Notes under the pieces: generated by a model
Seen by the model: only the letters and a program-made list of their open reading frames with translations
Told to the model about the DNA's origin: nothing
Databases searched by the model: none
Shown here: one piece after another, positions 1 through 13,241 of the stretch
Layout of the letters: each line of letters begins with the position of its first letter
How positions within the stretch are numbered: position 1 is the first letter of the stretch
Source: Octopus vulgaris
Lineage: Eukaryota
Reading direction: 5' to 3'
NCBI GenBank assembly: GCA_951406725.2
Contig: OX597815.1
Location: 172,670,001-172,734,000, forward strand
Length of the DNA: 64,000 bases
Position numbers and translations under genes: made by a program

Positions 1-493
1 AAAAAAATTCATTAAAGACATTTTTTTTTGCTTTCCATATTTATTCTTGATGATAGCAGATTGATGGATAGGGTGGTATTCATTTTCTCTTTTCTTCCAC
101 ATAAACTGGATAGCTCCGAAAATTTAGAGAATGCTTGTAATACATGGTGTTTTATGGCGAGATGCTTTCCTTAGCACCTATCAGACTAGGAGTCATTTAA
201 ATTTTCCAACTTGATAAGCAAAGGTAAAATAAGGCACCTTCCCCAAAACAGGACTGCCTTAGTTTTTTTTATATCATCCCTTATTGACCATGAATCCAGC
301 ACCTTAAATATAGAATAACTGGTCAAATAAATTCAGTCAGACAAAATAAATATATGATTTTAATAAACTAATGAAGGAAGCTTTCAATTATGAGAAAACT
401 AAAACTATTAAACTACCCAAACTACAAGTGAATGTCAATGAAAACCAATAAGACCAAACTGCACTATGTATGGTAAATGTGTGTACTTGTGTA

Positions 494-1580
494 CATAGTC
501 TGATCAATAAGTATCCGGACTGTTGCCATAGTAACGAAGCTAAAGCACACAGAGTAAAGCTGATTGGCACAGATTGACCTTGAACTCTGCTGTGCATGTA
601 CACTAAGTTTTAACATTCCAGCTCACTTCTGTTATTTACAGCCATGCTTGGAAAGAACATGTGTAGTGTGTGATCATTGCATTGACCATGACAGAGAATC
701 TGCAACAAAGTTTACTAAAAGCTTGGTGATACCTGCTCAGAGGCCTATGCAAAGTTGCAGAAAATATATGGAGAGGAGTGTATGAGCTGAAAAAATTTTG
801 GTAGTGACAAATGTTGTGGGAAACCTACAACCAGCAGAACTGAGAAAAACATTGCAGATGTGTGTGCAACTGTGAGGAGAAATCGTCAAATCACCATCCT
901 TCAGTTATCAGAGGTTGTGCAAATTAGTTACAGTTCAGTTCAGTCCATTATCACTGAAGATTTGGGTATGAGAATGTGTCTGCCAAGTTTGTGCCAAAAC
1001 TGCTTTCAGCTGACCAAAAAGACACTCAGGTTTCAGTTGCACAAGATCTCCTTGATTGTGTTGAGAATGATGAAAACTTTTTGAAAACAGTCACAATGAG
1101 TGATGAATCATGGGTCTATGCTATAACCCCAAAACAAAGGCTCAGTCTTTGCAGTGGAAGACCCCAACCTCTTAGAGGCTGAAGCAATGTGAAAACACTG
1201 TTGACCATTTTCTTTGACTACAAGGAGATTGTTCGTCATGAGTATGCTACTGCTGGTCAAACAGTAAACAAGTATTACTACCATGACATTTTGAAGTATT
1301 TGCAGGGTGCTATTCATCAGAAAAAACCACATTTGCATGCATCTGGCAAGTGGCAATTGCACTATGACAATGCACCTGGTCATTCAGTGCAGCTTGTGGA
1401 GCAGTTTTTGGCTAGGCACAACTTTCCCCAGGTCTGACAGCCACCATATTACCCAGATCTCACCACTTGTGACTTTGTACTCTTTCCAAAAATCAAATCT
1501 CACTTGAAAGGAATAAAATTTCAGGACGTCAAGGAAATCAAAGTGAATGTGATGAGGCAGCTGCTAATTATCCCAGAAAA
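494..1580 (+). mobile_element. Decayed mariner (Tc1/mariner DD34D) element, 3'-truncated
   Basis: TA followed by a TIR-like start CATAGTCTGATCAATAAGTATCCGGACTG. Frameshifted transposase with FVPKLL, T.SDESW, HYDNAPGH and PPYYPDLTTCDF (YSPDLAP.D-like). No right TIR found. Confidence 0.9.
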
Positions 1581-2597
1581 CAAGTTAGGTAATCAATCAG
1601 CAATGATACCAACTGTACAACTAATTTTACAAAAGTAAACATTTAATTTTGTGTCTCTTCATAATTTGGGTATGAGATGTGTCTGCCAAGTTTGTGCCAA
1701 AACTGCTTTCAGCTGACCAAAAAGACACTCAGGTTTCAGTTGGTTTAAGTTTTATATTAAAATCTTTTCAAAAACCTAAAAGACAACAGCTTGCTATATT
1801 TGTCCATATTCTAGAAACTACTAGTAATAGATACAGTAAAAATGTTCTTTCATAATTTCATTTACAATGATGCAGCTATTTGGTGGTAAATGTATTTACT
1901 TAAAATATATATAGTACACCTTGCAAATCAATCAGAAATAGAACTAATGCTCTTACTATCACATAGGAATGTTACAGTGAAACAAAAGGCCTTGTGAAGT
2001 GTTGTTGCTGCTCATTGCATTCTGATTTTGAATTCCATAAAAGTCAGCTTAGACACTCAATTTTCTGGCATCAACTAAATAAGTGCCAGTCATAAACCAG
2101 GGTCAATAATAATTGACTGTACACTCCCACTCAATTTGAAACTTTGTGTCTATGTTAGAAATTAACATTACAACCAAGATGAGCTTATAACAGCCTTTCA
2201 CACAGGTCAAATTTCTCTTGGATACTGTGAAAAAATAGCTATTTAGTGGACTAGCTTGATAATACTAAGCAAATTGGATAGTCTTCTATGAAACAATGTA
2301 TCAATTAATTAAAAATTCCAAGAATAGTGAAGTTTCAACTTATAAATTATATACTCAACATTCACTATTGAGTACTGTGTGTGTGTGTATGTGTTTACAT
2401 ATAACATAATAACATCTTATGGAGTGCACACATGACCAAAGAGGAGTTGTATGGAGACATTACACCAATGTCTAGTAATATTGCTCAACAAAAGGTAGGT
2501 TTGGTTGGCCACTGCTATCATGTTGAACAGCAAGCCATCAGATGTTTTTATTTTGTAGATTCTTGCACCCTAATAGAGAACAAAGACCTCTCAACTA

Positions 2598-3164
2598 TTG
2601 GGTTGTCCGGAAAGTATGTGCAGGATTTATAGTAGCTTACCTTTCGACTTATTTTAGAACATGGTTAAGTTCATAAAATAGGATTTGACTACACCTCCAT
2701 TTAGAACACAGTTTAAGCTATCTTTTCGTGGAAGAAAGTTTATGTTCCTATAACCTGTGTTAATTCTGTAACCCTTTAAAATGGAAGATAAGAAAGTTCA
2801 TTTTTGGCACTTGGTGCTTTGGGAACCAGACAAAAATTGCTGCAGCTCGGCTGGGATGTGTTACCCCACCCTCCATATTCACTAGATATTGCTCCTTCAG
2901 ATTTCCACTTATTCAGGTCTCTGCAGAATAGTCATTATGGTAAAAATTTCAATTCCTTGGATGACGTAAAAAGATACCTTGATGAATTCTTTGCCATGAA
3001 ACCACCTCAATTCTGGGAAGAGGGTATTTTTAAGTTAAAGGAAAAATGGAGACGCATTGGGCAACAAAATGGTTCATATTTGGTTGATTAAAAATGTAAT
3101 GGCAAGTATTTATTGACCTTTTTCTTTCCTTTAAAAATCGGCACGAACTTTCCGGACAACCCAC
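2598..3164 (+). mobile_element. Internally deleted non-autonomous mariner
   Basis: TIRs TTGGGTTGTCCGGAAAGT / ACTTTCCGGACAACCCAC, both flanked by TA. N-terminus MEDKKVHFWHL (2781) is joined directly to the C-terminal LGWDVLPHPPYSLDIAPSDFHLFRSLQN... Confidence 0.93.
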
Positions 3165-3619
3165 TACATTCATGTTATTGATACAGACACACAACATGAA
3201 ACTCAAGATCTACTAAAGCTAATGGACAACAGAGAGTTTTGGCACAGCACTGGTAGAGACATCTTGTTCACAGACACTTGAATAAGAAAAAGATATAACA
3301 CACACACACACATACACACATTTATATTCTTATGGATTAGGAGACAGCTGTGTTGTTCTGCAGATGAAACCTTATGTAAATTGTCAGTAATGTTTGTCTC
3401 TGCTGTCAGACATGTAGAGTATGTTTTATGATTTTCAGATACCTTAACTGTATGACTAAGGATAAATATATTACTATGTACATGTGTGTATGTGTGTGTG
3501 TGTGTGTGTGCGTGTGTGTGTGTGTGTGTTTGTGTGTTTAAATGTTTGTTATGTAGTTATATATACATATATCTAATTATATATTTACATATAAAAATAC
3601 AAACACATATATAGTTATA

Positions 3620-3870
3620 AGTGTGAATGTACTGAGAGAGAAAAAAAAACGCTTAATGGGAAACAGATGTAGTGTGCAAGAAAAAAGACTGCACTGGTTT
3701 GGTCATGTGATGCACATGGATAAGGTCAGCTGCATAAAGCAGTGCTGGTTGCTTAAATCAGGTGTAACCTGTGAAAGAAGACCCAGGGAGACATGGAATA
3801 AAGATACTGAGATTCATGGAGGAGATGACAAAGAACTAAGGCGATTGGTGGTTTGCTGTGCTCAGGAAGA
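3620..3870 (+). mobile_element. RTE-clade LINE 3' fragment
   Basis: VQEKRLHWFGHVMHMD...RPRETW. Similar to 18560-19085. Confidence 0.7.
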
Positions 3871-4424
3871 TCCATCCATAACAGGAAACATGAGGTCCTA
3901 AAAACATTTTGTCTATGCTTGTATGTGCTGGGCACTGTCCCTACACCCATACAGCTACCAGTTAATAACTTCTTTCTCCTCATTTCCATCCCTCATTCTC
4001 ATTATCATCCCTTCCCATGCACTATTTCCTTTCCCACAACCTTCTGCCATGCTTCATCATAACACCCTGCATATCTGCTATCATTCTCTTGTGTCACCAT
4101 GCCTACTCACTATTAGTTATGCCCTATGTATCTCTGCACATCCTTCCCCATTGCTCCTATGCCTTGCTCATCTAGTAATCTCTTGCTTCTTGAGAGTTTT
4201 TCTCTGGCATCCCATAATTACCATCTTGTCTTTTCCCCAGCTACCTCCACTGACCTTTATATAAATGTGGGTAAGCCGTGCATTTTCTCTATAGCAGAAC
4301 ACCTCTGTTTCTCCCTGCCATAAAATCTCCTCTCCAGCATCTCAAATACTCCTCCATCTAGTCAAGAGGACTCTTCCCTTTTCTGATTCTTTCCTGACTT
4401 GCAAATTATATGGCAACCCTACTA

Positions 4425-5713
4425 TCAGGTCATCCCATAAGTTCTGTCTGAATTTTGAATAAAGAAAACAAGTGATCAAATGTTATATTTAATTGAAATT
4501 TAATCCTCAATGTACGTTCCCTGATTATCTGTAACTTCCTTCCATCTATTTACAAGCTTTTTAATCCCATCAATGTAAAACTCTTTTGGTTTCAGAGCAA
4601 AGAACTCTGAAATGTCAGTTTCGACCTCCTCCTGGCTTGCGAAAGTTATGTCCCACAAATGATTCTGTAAACTATGAAATAAATGGTAGTCTGAAGGAGC
4701 AAGTTCAGGAGAATAAAGTGGATGAGGAATGTTTTCCCAATCAAGCTCTTCGATCTTCTGTGATGTGATCTTTGCAGTGTGGGGTCGTGCATTGTCCTGA
4801 TGAAACATCACTCCTTTTCGATTCACTAAAGCAGGTCTTTTTTTTTCTTCAAAGCTTGGTTCAAATGCTCTAATTGCTAACAGTAGACTTGAGCATTGAT
4901 TGTTGCATTAGGTAGTAACAATTCAAAGTGAAATACTCCTTTGCAATCCCACCAAATAGAGAGAAGAACCTTTTTTCCATGAAGTTCCCTTCTCGGTTGT
5001 GGCTGAGCTTTTTCCCTTTTACCAAGCCACTGTTTACAATGTTTAACATTTCGATAGAAGATCCATTTTTCATCACCAGTCACAAGACCATCTAAAAAGG
5101 GTGAAATGAGTTCACGAGAATGAAGAGAAAAGCAGATGTCAACTTGGGATTTGCGGTTGCTTTTGGACAATTCATGAGGCACTCATTTTTCAAGTTTAGG
5201 AACCTTTCCAAGCTGTTGAAGATGACGATGAACAGTCGTATGGTTTGAACTAAGCTTTATTGCCAATTATTCAACTGATAATGCAGGATTTTCTTCAAGT
5301 AATGTCCCAAGGAGCTTATCATCAAACTCAACTGGACATCTTGTTCGATCTTCATCTTCAAGTCTGAAATCTCCACTTCTGAATTTTGCAAACCATCTTC
5401 TTCAAGTTCTTTCATTCAAGCATTCTTTCCCATAAACTAAGTGTATGTTTCAAGTCGCTTCGGCTGCAGAGTTTCCTTTTTTGTACTCATAAAGCATTAT
5501 GTGCTGCAAATGCTCTTTGGATACTTCCATGTTAGAAAGGGTTTTAATCAAAGAAATTTAATTCTATTATTCTGTAAAATATTATTTAATTAGTTTAAAT
5601 ATACACAAATGCATAAAAATAATATTTAATTCCATTAGACATTCTAAAACACTATTAAATTTCATTCAATTTTAAAAAAGGTAAAATCAGACAGAACTTA
5701 TAGGATGACCTAA
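4425..5713 (-). mobile_element. Full-length (about 1.29 kb) decayed mariner element
   Basis: About 30-bp TIRs (TCAGGTCATCCCATAAGTTCTGTCTGA / TCAGACAGAACTTATAGGATGACCTAA), with TA on the left. Confidence 0.95.
4500..5530 (-). pseudogene. Mariner transposase pseudogene
   Basis: Starts MEVSKEHLQHIMLYEYKKGNSAAEAT* (premature stop). Contains VPHEL, VTGDEKW, HQDNARPH and YSPELAPSDY. Has stops and frameshifts. Confidence 0.95.
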
Positions 5714-5714
5714 C

Positions 5715-5907
5715 AGTACCAGTGGCTTGAAAAAAGCACCCAGTACACACTGTAGAGTGGTTGGCATTAGGAAGGGCATCCAGCTGTAAAAACCATGCCA
5801 AAGCAGACAGTGCAGCTTGGTGCAGTCCTCTAGCTTGCCAGCTCTTGTCAAACCATCCAGCCTATGCCAACAGGGAAGACAGACGTTAAATGATGAAGAT
5901 GATGATG
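5715..5907 (+). mobile_element. SINE/LINE-tail family with (GAT)n tail (many copies)
   Basis: GGTTGGCATTAGGAAGGGCATCCAGCTGTA...ACGTTAAATGATGATGAT. Further copies near 17435, 20850, 21070, 28075(-), 29100(-), 52255(-) and 63925(-). Confidence 0.85.
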
Positions 5908-6799
5908 ATATATTACAATATGCATACATACATACATATATACATACATACACACATACATACATACATATTGCGATGTTCTAAAAAAGGGACAAAACTT
6001 TTGAAGCAGCATAAATACAGAATCCAACTTTGCATCTATGTAATTTTGGGTTCAGTCACTGCACAGTACTTTGTCTTCTGCCACTACTCCAGGCCAACAA
6101 AAGCTTTGTGAGTAAACTTTCCAGATGGAAAGGGAAAAAAGTCTGTTGTGTGTGTATGTGTGTGTATATAATATATATCTGTATATTTCTTTTACTTGGT
6201 TCAGTCGTTAGACTGTAAACAAGCTGAGGCACTGCTTTGAAGAATTTTTTTTAGCTGAATGAATTGATCCCAGTACTTCTCTTTTGTTTACAGCCTGATA
6301 CTTATTCTATCAGTCTCTATTACCAAACCACTAAGATACTAAAACCGGTAGTCAATCAGTAGTGAGTAACAAACACAGACACAAAGGCACACACACAATG
6401 GGCTTCTTTCAGTTTCTATCAACCAAATTCATTCACAAAGCTTTGGTGGGCCCAAAGGTATAGTAGAAGACACTTGCCCAAGGTGTGCCACACAGCAGGA
6501 CTGAACCTGGAACCATATGGTTGGGAAGCAAATTTCAAATGTACGTGTGTGTGTATCTCCTTGTCTTGAAATCCATGATTGTAAACAAATTTACCACTCT
6601 TACAAAAACAATGGCATTTGTTTATAATCTGGCATGAAAACAGGTCCAGCCATCAATCTGTGCTCACACTCAAATATACATATAGGCATATACACACACA
6701 TCGGTGTATATGCATCAATATATGTAAAACAACACATAAATTTCCTAGCAAACAAATATATTGATAATGATTTTTTCCCTTTAAGAAAACGGAAATAGG

Positions 6800-7215
6800 C
6801 ACAAGTGTGGCTGTGTGGTAAGAAGTTTGCTTCCCAACCACTTGGTTTTGGTTTTAGCCCCCACTGCATGGCACCTTGGGTAAATTTCTTCTAGTAAAGT
6901 TTTGGGCCAACTAAAGATTTGTGAATAGATTTGGTAGACGGAAACAGAAAGAAGCTTGTCATGTGTGTGTGTGTGTGTGTGTGTGTGCATGTGTGTGTTT
7001 GTGTGTGTCTTTGTTTGTCCTCCATCATTGCTTGACAGCTGGTGTTGGTGTGTTTACATTCTTGTAACTTAGCAGTTTGGCAAAAGAGGCCAATAAGATA
7101 AATACCAGGCTTAAAAATATAAGTGCTGGGGTCAATTTGTTCAACTAAAATTCTTCAAGTCAGTGCCCCAGCATGGCTACACTCTAATAACTGGAACAAG
7201 TAAAAGATAAAAGAT
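6800..7215 (+). mobile_element. tRNA-derived SINE with central (GT)n and AAAAGAT tail (many copies)
   Basis: Head GTGGCTGTGTGGTAAGAAGTTTGCTTCCCAACCAC; tail CCCCAGCATGG...GAAACAAGTAAAAGATAAAAGA. Copies near 6190(-), 37975, 50620 and 58920(-). Confidence 0.85.
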
Positions 7216-7987
7216 ATACCAGTAATAATTATTTTCTTGTGACAAAGATGTCTTAAAAAAATGAACTCATTGACAAACTGATATTATGATGACCTCTCAT
7301 ACCACTGTGGCCACAGTTTCATGGAAATAAGCCATATTTAAATGTCAAACAAATGTCATATTGATCATAATTCTGAGAAAGAAAAAATCCCCAGATATTC
7401 TGGTGTTAACATCATAATTCTTTATCTACAAAAATCATAAAATCAAACACTTATGACTTGCAAAACTGCAACACCTCCAAAGTGGGTACACTTAAGGACA
7501 AGAGATAGGGAAAGAAGAAAAGAGAGAAGTAAAAGAAAGATGTGGCTGAAGAATGATGGTGTGTGAGATATACAAACATCAAGAAGCTTATTCATAATTC
7601 AAATAAAATAGATAAATAAATAAACATGTTTATTTTAATGTTATATAAAGAAATACCTAAATAATATAGATTGATAATTTGACATTGAATTGAAGCCTTG
7701 TTTAACATAAACACACACATACAATATGTGCAAAAATAGATATGCACATGTGCATTTATGTTTTAATATTTCACATAGGCATTGCAATACTAATAACCTG
7801 GTGTAGAACTCAATATACATATGTTTATGTACAAAGTGTTAGTCGGGTATCAAACAGTAATAAGAAAAGAGATGTCAAAGGAATAACCAATTATCTTATG
7901 AACTTCATCAGCTGACAGCTGTTTCTGCTATAAGATGCAGAGGACTCATAACTGGATGCTGAGAAACACCTTACAGTTTCAACAGAG

Positions 7988-8046
<59 letters not shown>

Positions 8047-8817
8047 ATGTATGGTTGACAGACAGATAGAGAGATACAGATGCAGTTATGGCGGTGTGGT
8101 TATAAAATTTGCTTTGTAACCACATTGTTTTTGGATCGGATCCACTGGATGATATCTTCAGCAAGTGTTTCTCCTATAGCAACAAGATCAAGCTGAGCAA
8201 TACCTTGTGAATAGGATTAGTGGCTGGAAAATGTGTGGAAGCCTGTTATGCGTGTGTTATGTGTATATATATATACATTGTATGTTGCATTAAGGAAGTC
8301 AATTTGCAGAGTTGTTTGGATATTGGACAGAATGTTCTTGTGAATCTTTTTGGGCTCTCTGCATTCTCAGTTCAAATTCTGACATTTTTTCAGGATTAAT
8401 AAATAAAACTCTAATCAAGTGCTAGTGCAGTCCTCTCTCCACCCAGCTGTCATGTCCTAGTATATTCTACTGGGTCAACTGTGGGAGCATGGCTGCATAG
8501 GTACTTAAAATCATTAACAAAGAAGTATAGTACACCTTGTTCTCTCTTTTCAATTCTTGCTACAATTTACAAAAAATTTTTGGTTGACCTCTCTTTTTTA
8601 GCAGTAATCTTTACCTGAAAATTTGGATTTGTATGCTGGAAAATATGGTATGAATTTTTGCCTGTTAGAGTTATTTATCAACAGTCAGATGTTTATATTT
8701 GTAATTAGGATATGTTGTCTGTGTTTATTTTAGCACTGTTCTATCTATGAGTGTTGCTTCTACCAGTAATCATTTACATTGTGGGGAAAACTGTATGAGC
8801 TTGATATGTTGTTTATT

Positions 8818-8819
<2 letters not shown>

Positions 8820-8885
<66 letters not shown>
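8820..8885. repeat. (GT)n microsatellite
   Basis: Direct observation. One of dozens of CA/TA/GA tracts in the window. Confidence 0.98.
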
Positions 8886-8886
<1 letters not shown>

Positions 8887-10806
8887 GTGTGATATAGTGT
8901 GCTGAAATGGCTCCTTTTTGTAAGAGCATAGTAAACCAGTAGAAGAATGCCACATTTGAATGTGACATTATAATTGTTGTAGTTGAGAAGGTTATAACTT
9001 TCGTCTTTGCAATCAAATTTCTAAGTCACAGTTGTTATTACAATGAATTTAGAAACTTTAATATTCTTAACAAATTGCAAGGAATGATATGGATATTGAT
9101 AGAAAGTTATAACTCAAACATAGACAAGACTTTCAACACAATATGGTTAAAATAAAATCTGTTCTTTGTGAGTGACCAAGCATTTAGAATAAGGAACCAT
9201 TGCATCTCATACAGTACAAGAAATAAAATTGGATAGAAGAAAAAAAACATTAACTGACTACATTACAATTTTATATAGATTCCCACAAAAAAATGAGATG
9301 AGTAACTATGGAAGCTTTACCAATAGTAAAATACAAACACAACAACAGTACATGTAAAAAAAAACAACCCACACAATCAACCAGAAATTAACTGTGTAAA
9401 TTGTGAGTCCAGCATTAAAAATTTTAACAGTCAAAACAGTATTCCCATAATACTTTGCAATCATAGCAAAGCACACAAACAACACATAGTTATTACCATC
9501 ATTTATTCCTGATGATGATACCATGAACTAATGAATCTAGGAATGCTAATGTGGTAAACTGAATATAATAAGGGCTAATAAGGAAATAAGAAAATATCTT
9601 TAAAGATGATTCAACTTGAGTGCAACCATGTCTTTGATATAACATGTTTAAAAGAAAATTTGTCCTGTATTTTCACACATGTACATATATGCATATATAC
9701 ATACATACAGTCACACACATAATTATTAATAGTAGAGATATGGATGCATGGTTAAGAATTTCATTTCAGAACCACATGGTTCTGGGTTCAGTCCTACAAT
9801 TTGGTAACTTGGATAAGTGTCTTCTATTATAGGACTTGGTTGACCAAAGGTGTGTGAGTGAATTTGAAAAAACTGAAAATGAAAGAAGCTAGTTGTGTGC
9901 ATTTATGTATATGTGAAGGCATGTGATCTAGCAGGTAGGGTGTTGCACATATGATTGCAAGATTGTGATTATGAATCCCAGATCAGCAGTGCATTGTGTT
10001 CTTGAGCAAAACACTTTGTTTCACATTGCTCCAGTTCACTCAGCTGTAAATGGATAACCTTGTAATAGACTGATATTCCGTTCAGGGGAAATGTTGACCA
10101 GTCTACCTAGCCAGTGGGAAGGCATCATTTGAAAGTTGCAAAAATGCAAAAGAGTACTTTGTGACCAGCAGAGTATAACAACATCAGCTCGTGTGGTTAT
10201 CAACCAGTGATGTATATGTATAGGTCAGAGTTTGTGTGTGTGTGCGCGTGTGTTAATGTCTCCTTGTTTTGACACCATGTGATAGTTGTAAACAAGTGTC
10301 ACCATCCTTCATTTTCAATCTTCCGTGAAAATATGCCTCCAAGTAAGGAGAAATATTACCTTACTTGCAAATAAATGAGGAGTGGTGTCAGGAAGGGCAT
10401 CAGGCCATAGAAAACCTGCCACAATGAATTTCATCTAGCATGGAAAAATGAAGGCTAAAATGACAATGATGATACACACACACATGTATATAACAGGCTT
10501 CCTTCAGTTTCCATCAACAAAATCTACTCACAAAGCTTTGGCCAGCCTAGGGCTTTTGTAGAAGGTGACACACAGTGGGACTGAACCCAAAACCATGAGG
10601 TTAGGAAGCAAATTGTTAACCACAGAATCACACTTCCATTTATACCTCTCACTCTCTCTCTCTCACACACACACACACTTTCGCTGTGTGTTTATATATA
10701 AGCATATATATGTATGTATATGTGTGTGTGATGTATGTACATACACGCACACACACACATGCACACATATATATTATATATTACACATGCATAAACATAC
10801 ACACAC

Positions 10807-10846
<40 letters not shown>

Positions 10847-11349
10847 CCTCACACAGGTGCAATAAATGGAATCAATTGCTTGACCTTTTATGATCAGAGG
10901 TATATATGAATGATTGATCAGCCCTACTGACCTTTCAAGAGAAATCTGATATATATTCCCAACAGCTATATGAACTGAGGCAAAGCAGGATGAACTTGCC
11001 CTAACCATAAACATAATATAACAACTGCTGTGGGTCTGAATGCATAATCTCTGAGCTGGTACTGGAATACCTTATTAACTCAGATATTATACTTCTACAT
11101 ATGTACATATATGTATATACAAAAGTATATATAGAGAAGTAAATGTAAGGATGAGTGAATTAGGCAGGTCAATATACAAAGTATATTAAATACATTAAAT
11201 AGAAATATATATATATATATACATGAGTGAATGGACAAATGAAAGAAGGACACTCAACAAATTTCTTTAGAGTTACATGTATGGATCAAAACAGTTTGAT
11301 TTAAATTCATTGGTACTCTTGAGTTTCAAGTGTGATGCTAGTTGTCAGC

Positions 11350-11402
<53 letters not shown>

Positions 11403-12019
11403 TACATATATATATTTCTACATCTTTTAAATTTGTTAACGGGAAACATTTTGAATATGCAAATAAAGCACCTATTCCATTATGCCGACCAAAGTCTAAT
11501 AATGCTGACTGGGGAACCAATTTTTGGGGATTGCATTGAGATGTACCAATATAAAATCCTTGAATGGAATTTATAAACATTTATAAACAGTGATGCATTA
11601 AATGTTTATAAATCCAATCCAAGAAGTATTGTTATTATTGTTACGTATATATATTCACTACAACATGTGAATATAGACAAGTCCATGATTAATACATATT
11701 ACAGGTGTTACAACCAAGGAAATTCTAAATAAGTCATAAAACCTAGTGAAACAGAAGGCACATTTTGCACCAAAGAAATATATGATATTTTATGATGTAC
11801 TACATGTGCTGAGGAAACAAGTTTGAAAAAGGTTTGATTTAATTTGTTCTATCCTCAAATGTTTCAGTAACTTATAGATGTACTTTCAAACCTAGCCAAA
11901 TCCTTCTAGGTTTGAAAGAAAAAAAACATACCTCATATACTAAGATAAATTTTCACAAGTTAATAAATGTTACGTTGTATTGTTTTGGTCAGCACTATGA
12001 ATTTGCTACCTTTAAGCTA

Positions 12020-12350
12020 TAAAAGGTAAAGACCCACTTCAGTAATGAATGATTAAGGCATTGCACCTAGAAGGTTCCCTTCAAGGCACAAGTCTGGGCA
12101 AGGATGTTTGTGGAAAACCAGCAGTTGCTCATGCATAGCAGTCTCCCTTCTCGATGCCACTAATGTTGTCCAAGGGAAAGGCATAGGCCAATACTGCTTG
12201 GCACTAGTGATATCACAACTCAGCTGAGTGAACTGAAGCAATGTGAATAGATTGTCTTGCTCAAGAACACAACAGACGGCTCAGTCTAGGAACTAAACTC
12301 ACAACCTCATGACTTCAAGCCCAACACTTTAACCACTGAGCCATGTGCCT
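12020..12350 (-). mobile_element. SINE with tRNA-like head
   Basis: Minus-strand head AGGCACATGGCTCAGTGGTTAAAGTGTTGGG followed by the TCTTGAGCAAGAC core. Related copies near 9915(+), 31975(-) and 54010(+). Confidence 0.7.
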
Positions 12351-12708
12351 TTATGCTAAAGCCTTAATCAAACAGAACTAAATGTGGTCTACTTAACAGT
12401 GGTTTTCAAAGATTCTGATGCCAATCTTGAGCAAAATGTAAAATCAATGCATTGATACCCATTTCTACAATATATTCTCTTGTACTTATAATTTATTTTG
12501 CTTGTAAGAATGATATTGTAAAAATGATATTATGCAGCATTGATATTCTGGAAACATTGTAAGAATGATATTCTATAGCATTACTTGAGTTTTCAAACAT
12601 TTCCTTTTCCCTCATTTGAAAATTATATAATTTTTCAAAATGAAAATGAAAAAGTTTTATACATTGAAGCTTTAAAAGATTAGACAACAAAGTAGCCTAA
12701 AAACTTAC

Positions 12709-12770
12709 CAGGAGTTGGAGGTGTGGAGACTCTGGAAAAATTATCAATGTTTGAAGGAGAATTAACTTTG
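12709..12770 (-). CDS. CACNB: Cav beta exon, HOOK region (KVNSPSNIDNFSRVSTPPTP)
   Basis: Acceptor ttatttacag, donor gtaagt, 62 nt, phase 2/1, continuing the frame of the previous exon. Ends in the STPP motif typical of the HOOK. Confidence 0.9.
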
Positions 12771-13168
12771 CTGTAAATAAAAATAAACAAAACAAGATAT
12801 AATTCCTGAAAATTCTAATAATTGGTAGAAAATAGATATTGACAGTAAAGACCAGGAAAACAGACTACTGACATAGATGATACTTTTTATTTACAGAATT
12901 CAATAAATTAGGAATTCAAGATATGATTTATTGCTAAATAATATCTGAAGAGATGCAAGAATATTTAGAAAGGATTGAAATTTCTGAATATGTTATGAAG
13001 AGATGTATTCAAAAAGGCAAAGCATTTACTGTGAACAGCCCAGATGTTGTTGCATAAAAGTACATAGTACGATCATGTCTGTAGTTAAAGAAATAGGAAA
13101 AGAATGCTTAGAAGTATGCCATAAGTCAATACAACTGAAATACCACTAATATATATGTGTATGTGTGT

Positions 13169-13241
<73 letters not shown>

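Noticed and set aside
9490-9560. Acceptor-like site (tatattcag) as the next HOOK/GK exon
   Set aside because: The in-frame reading hits a stop and shows no PPYDVVPSMRP/GK similarity; the GK exons are probably beyond position 1.
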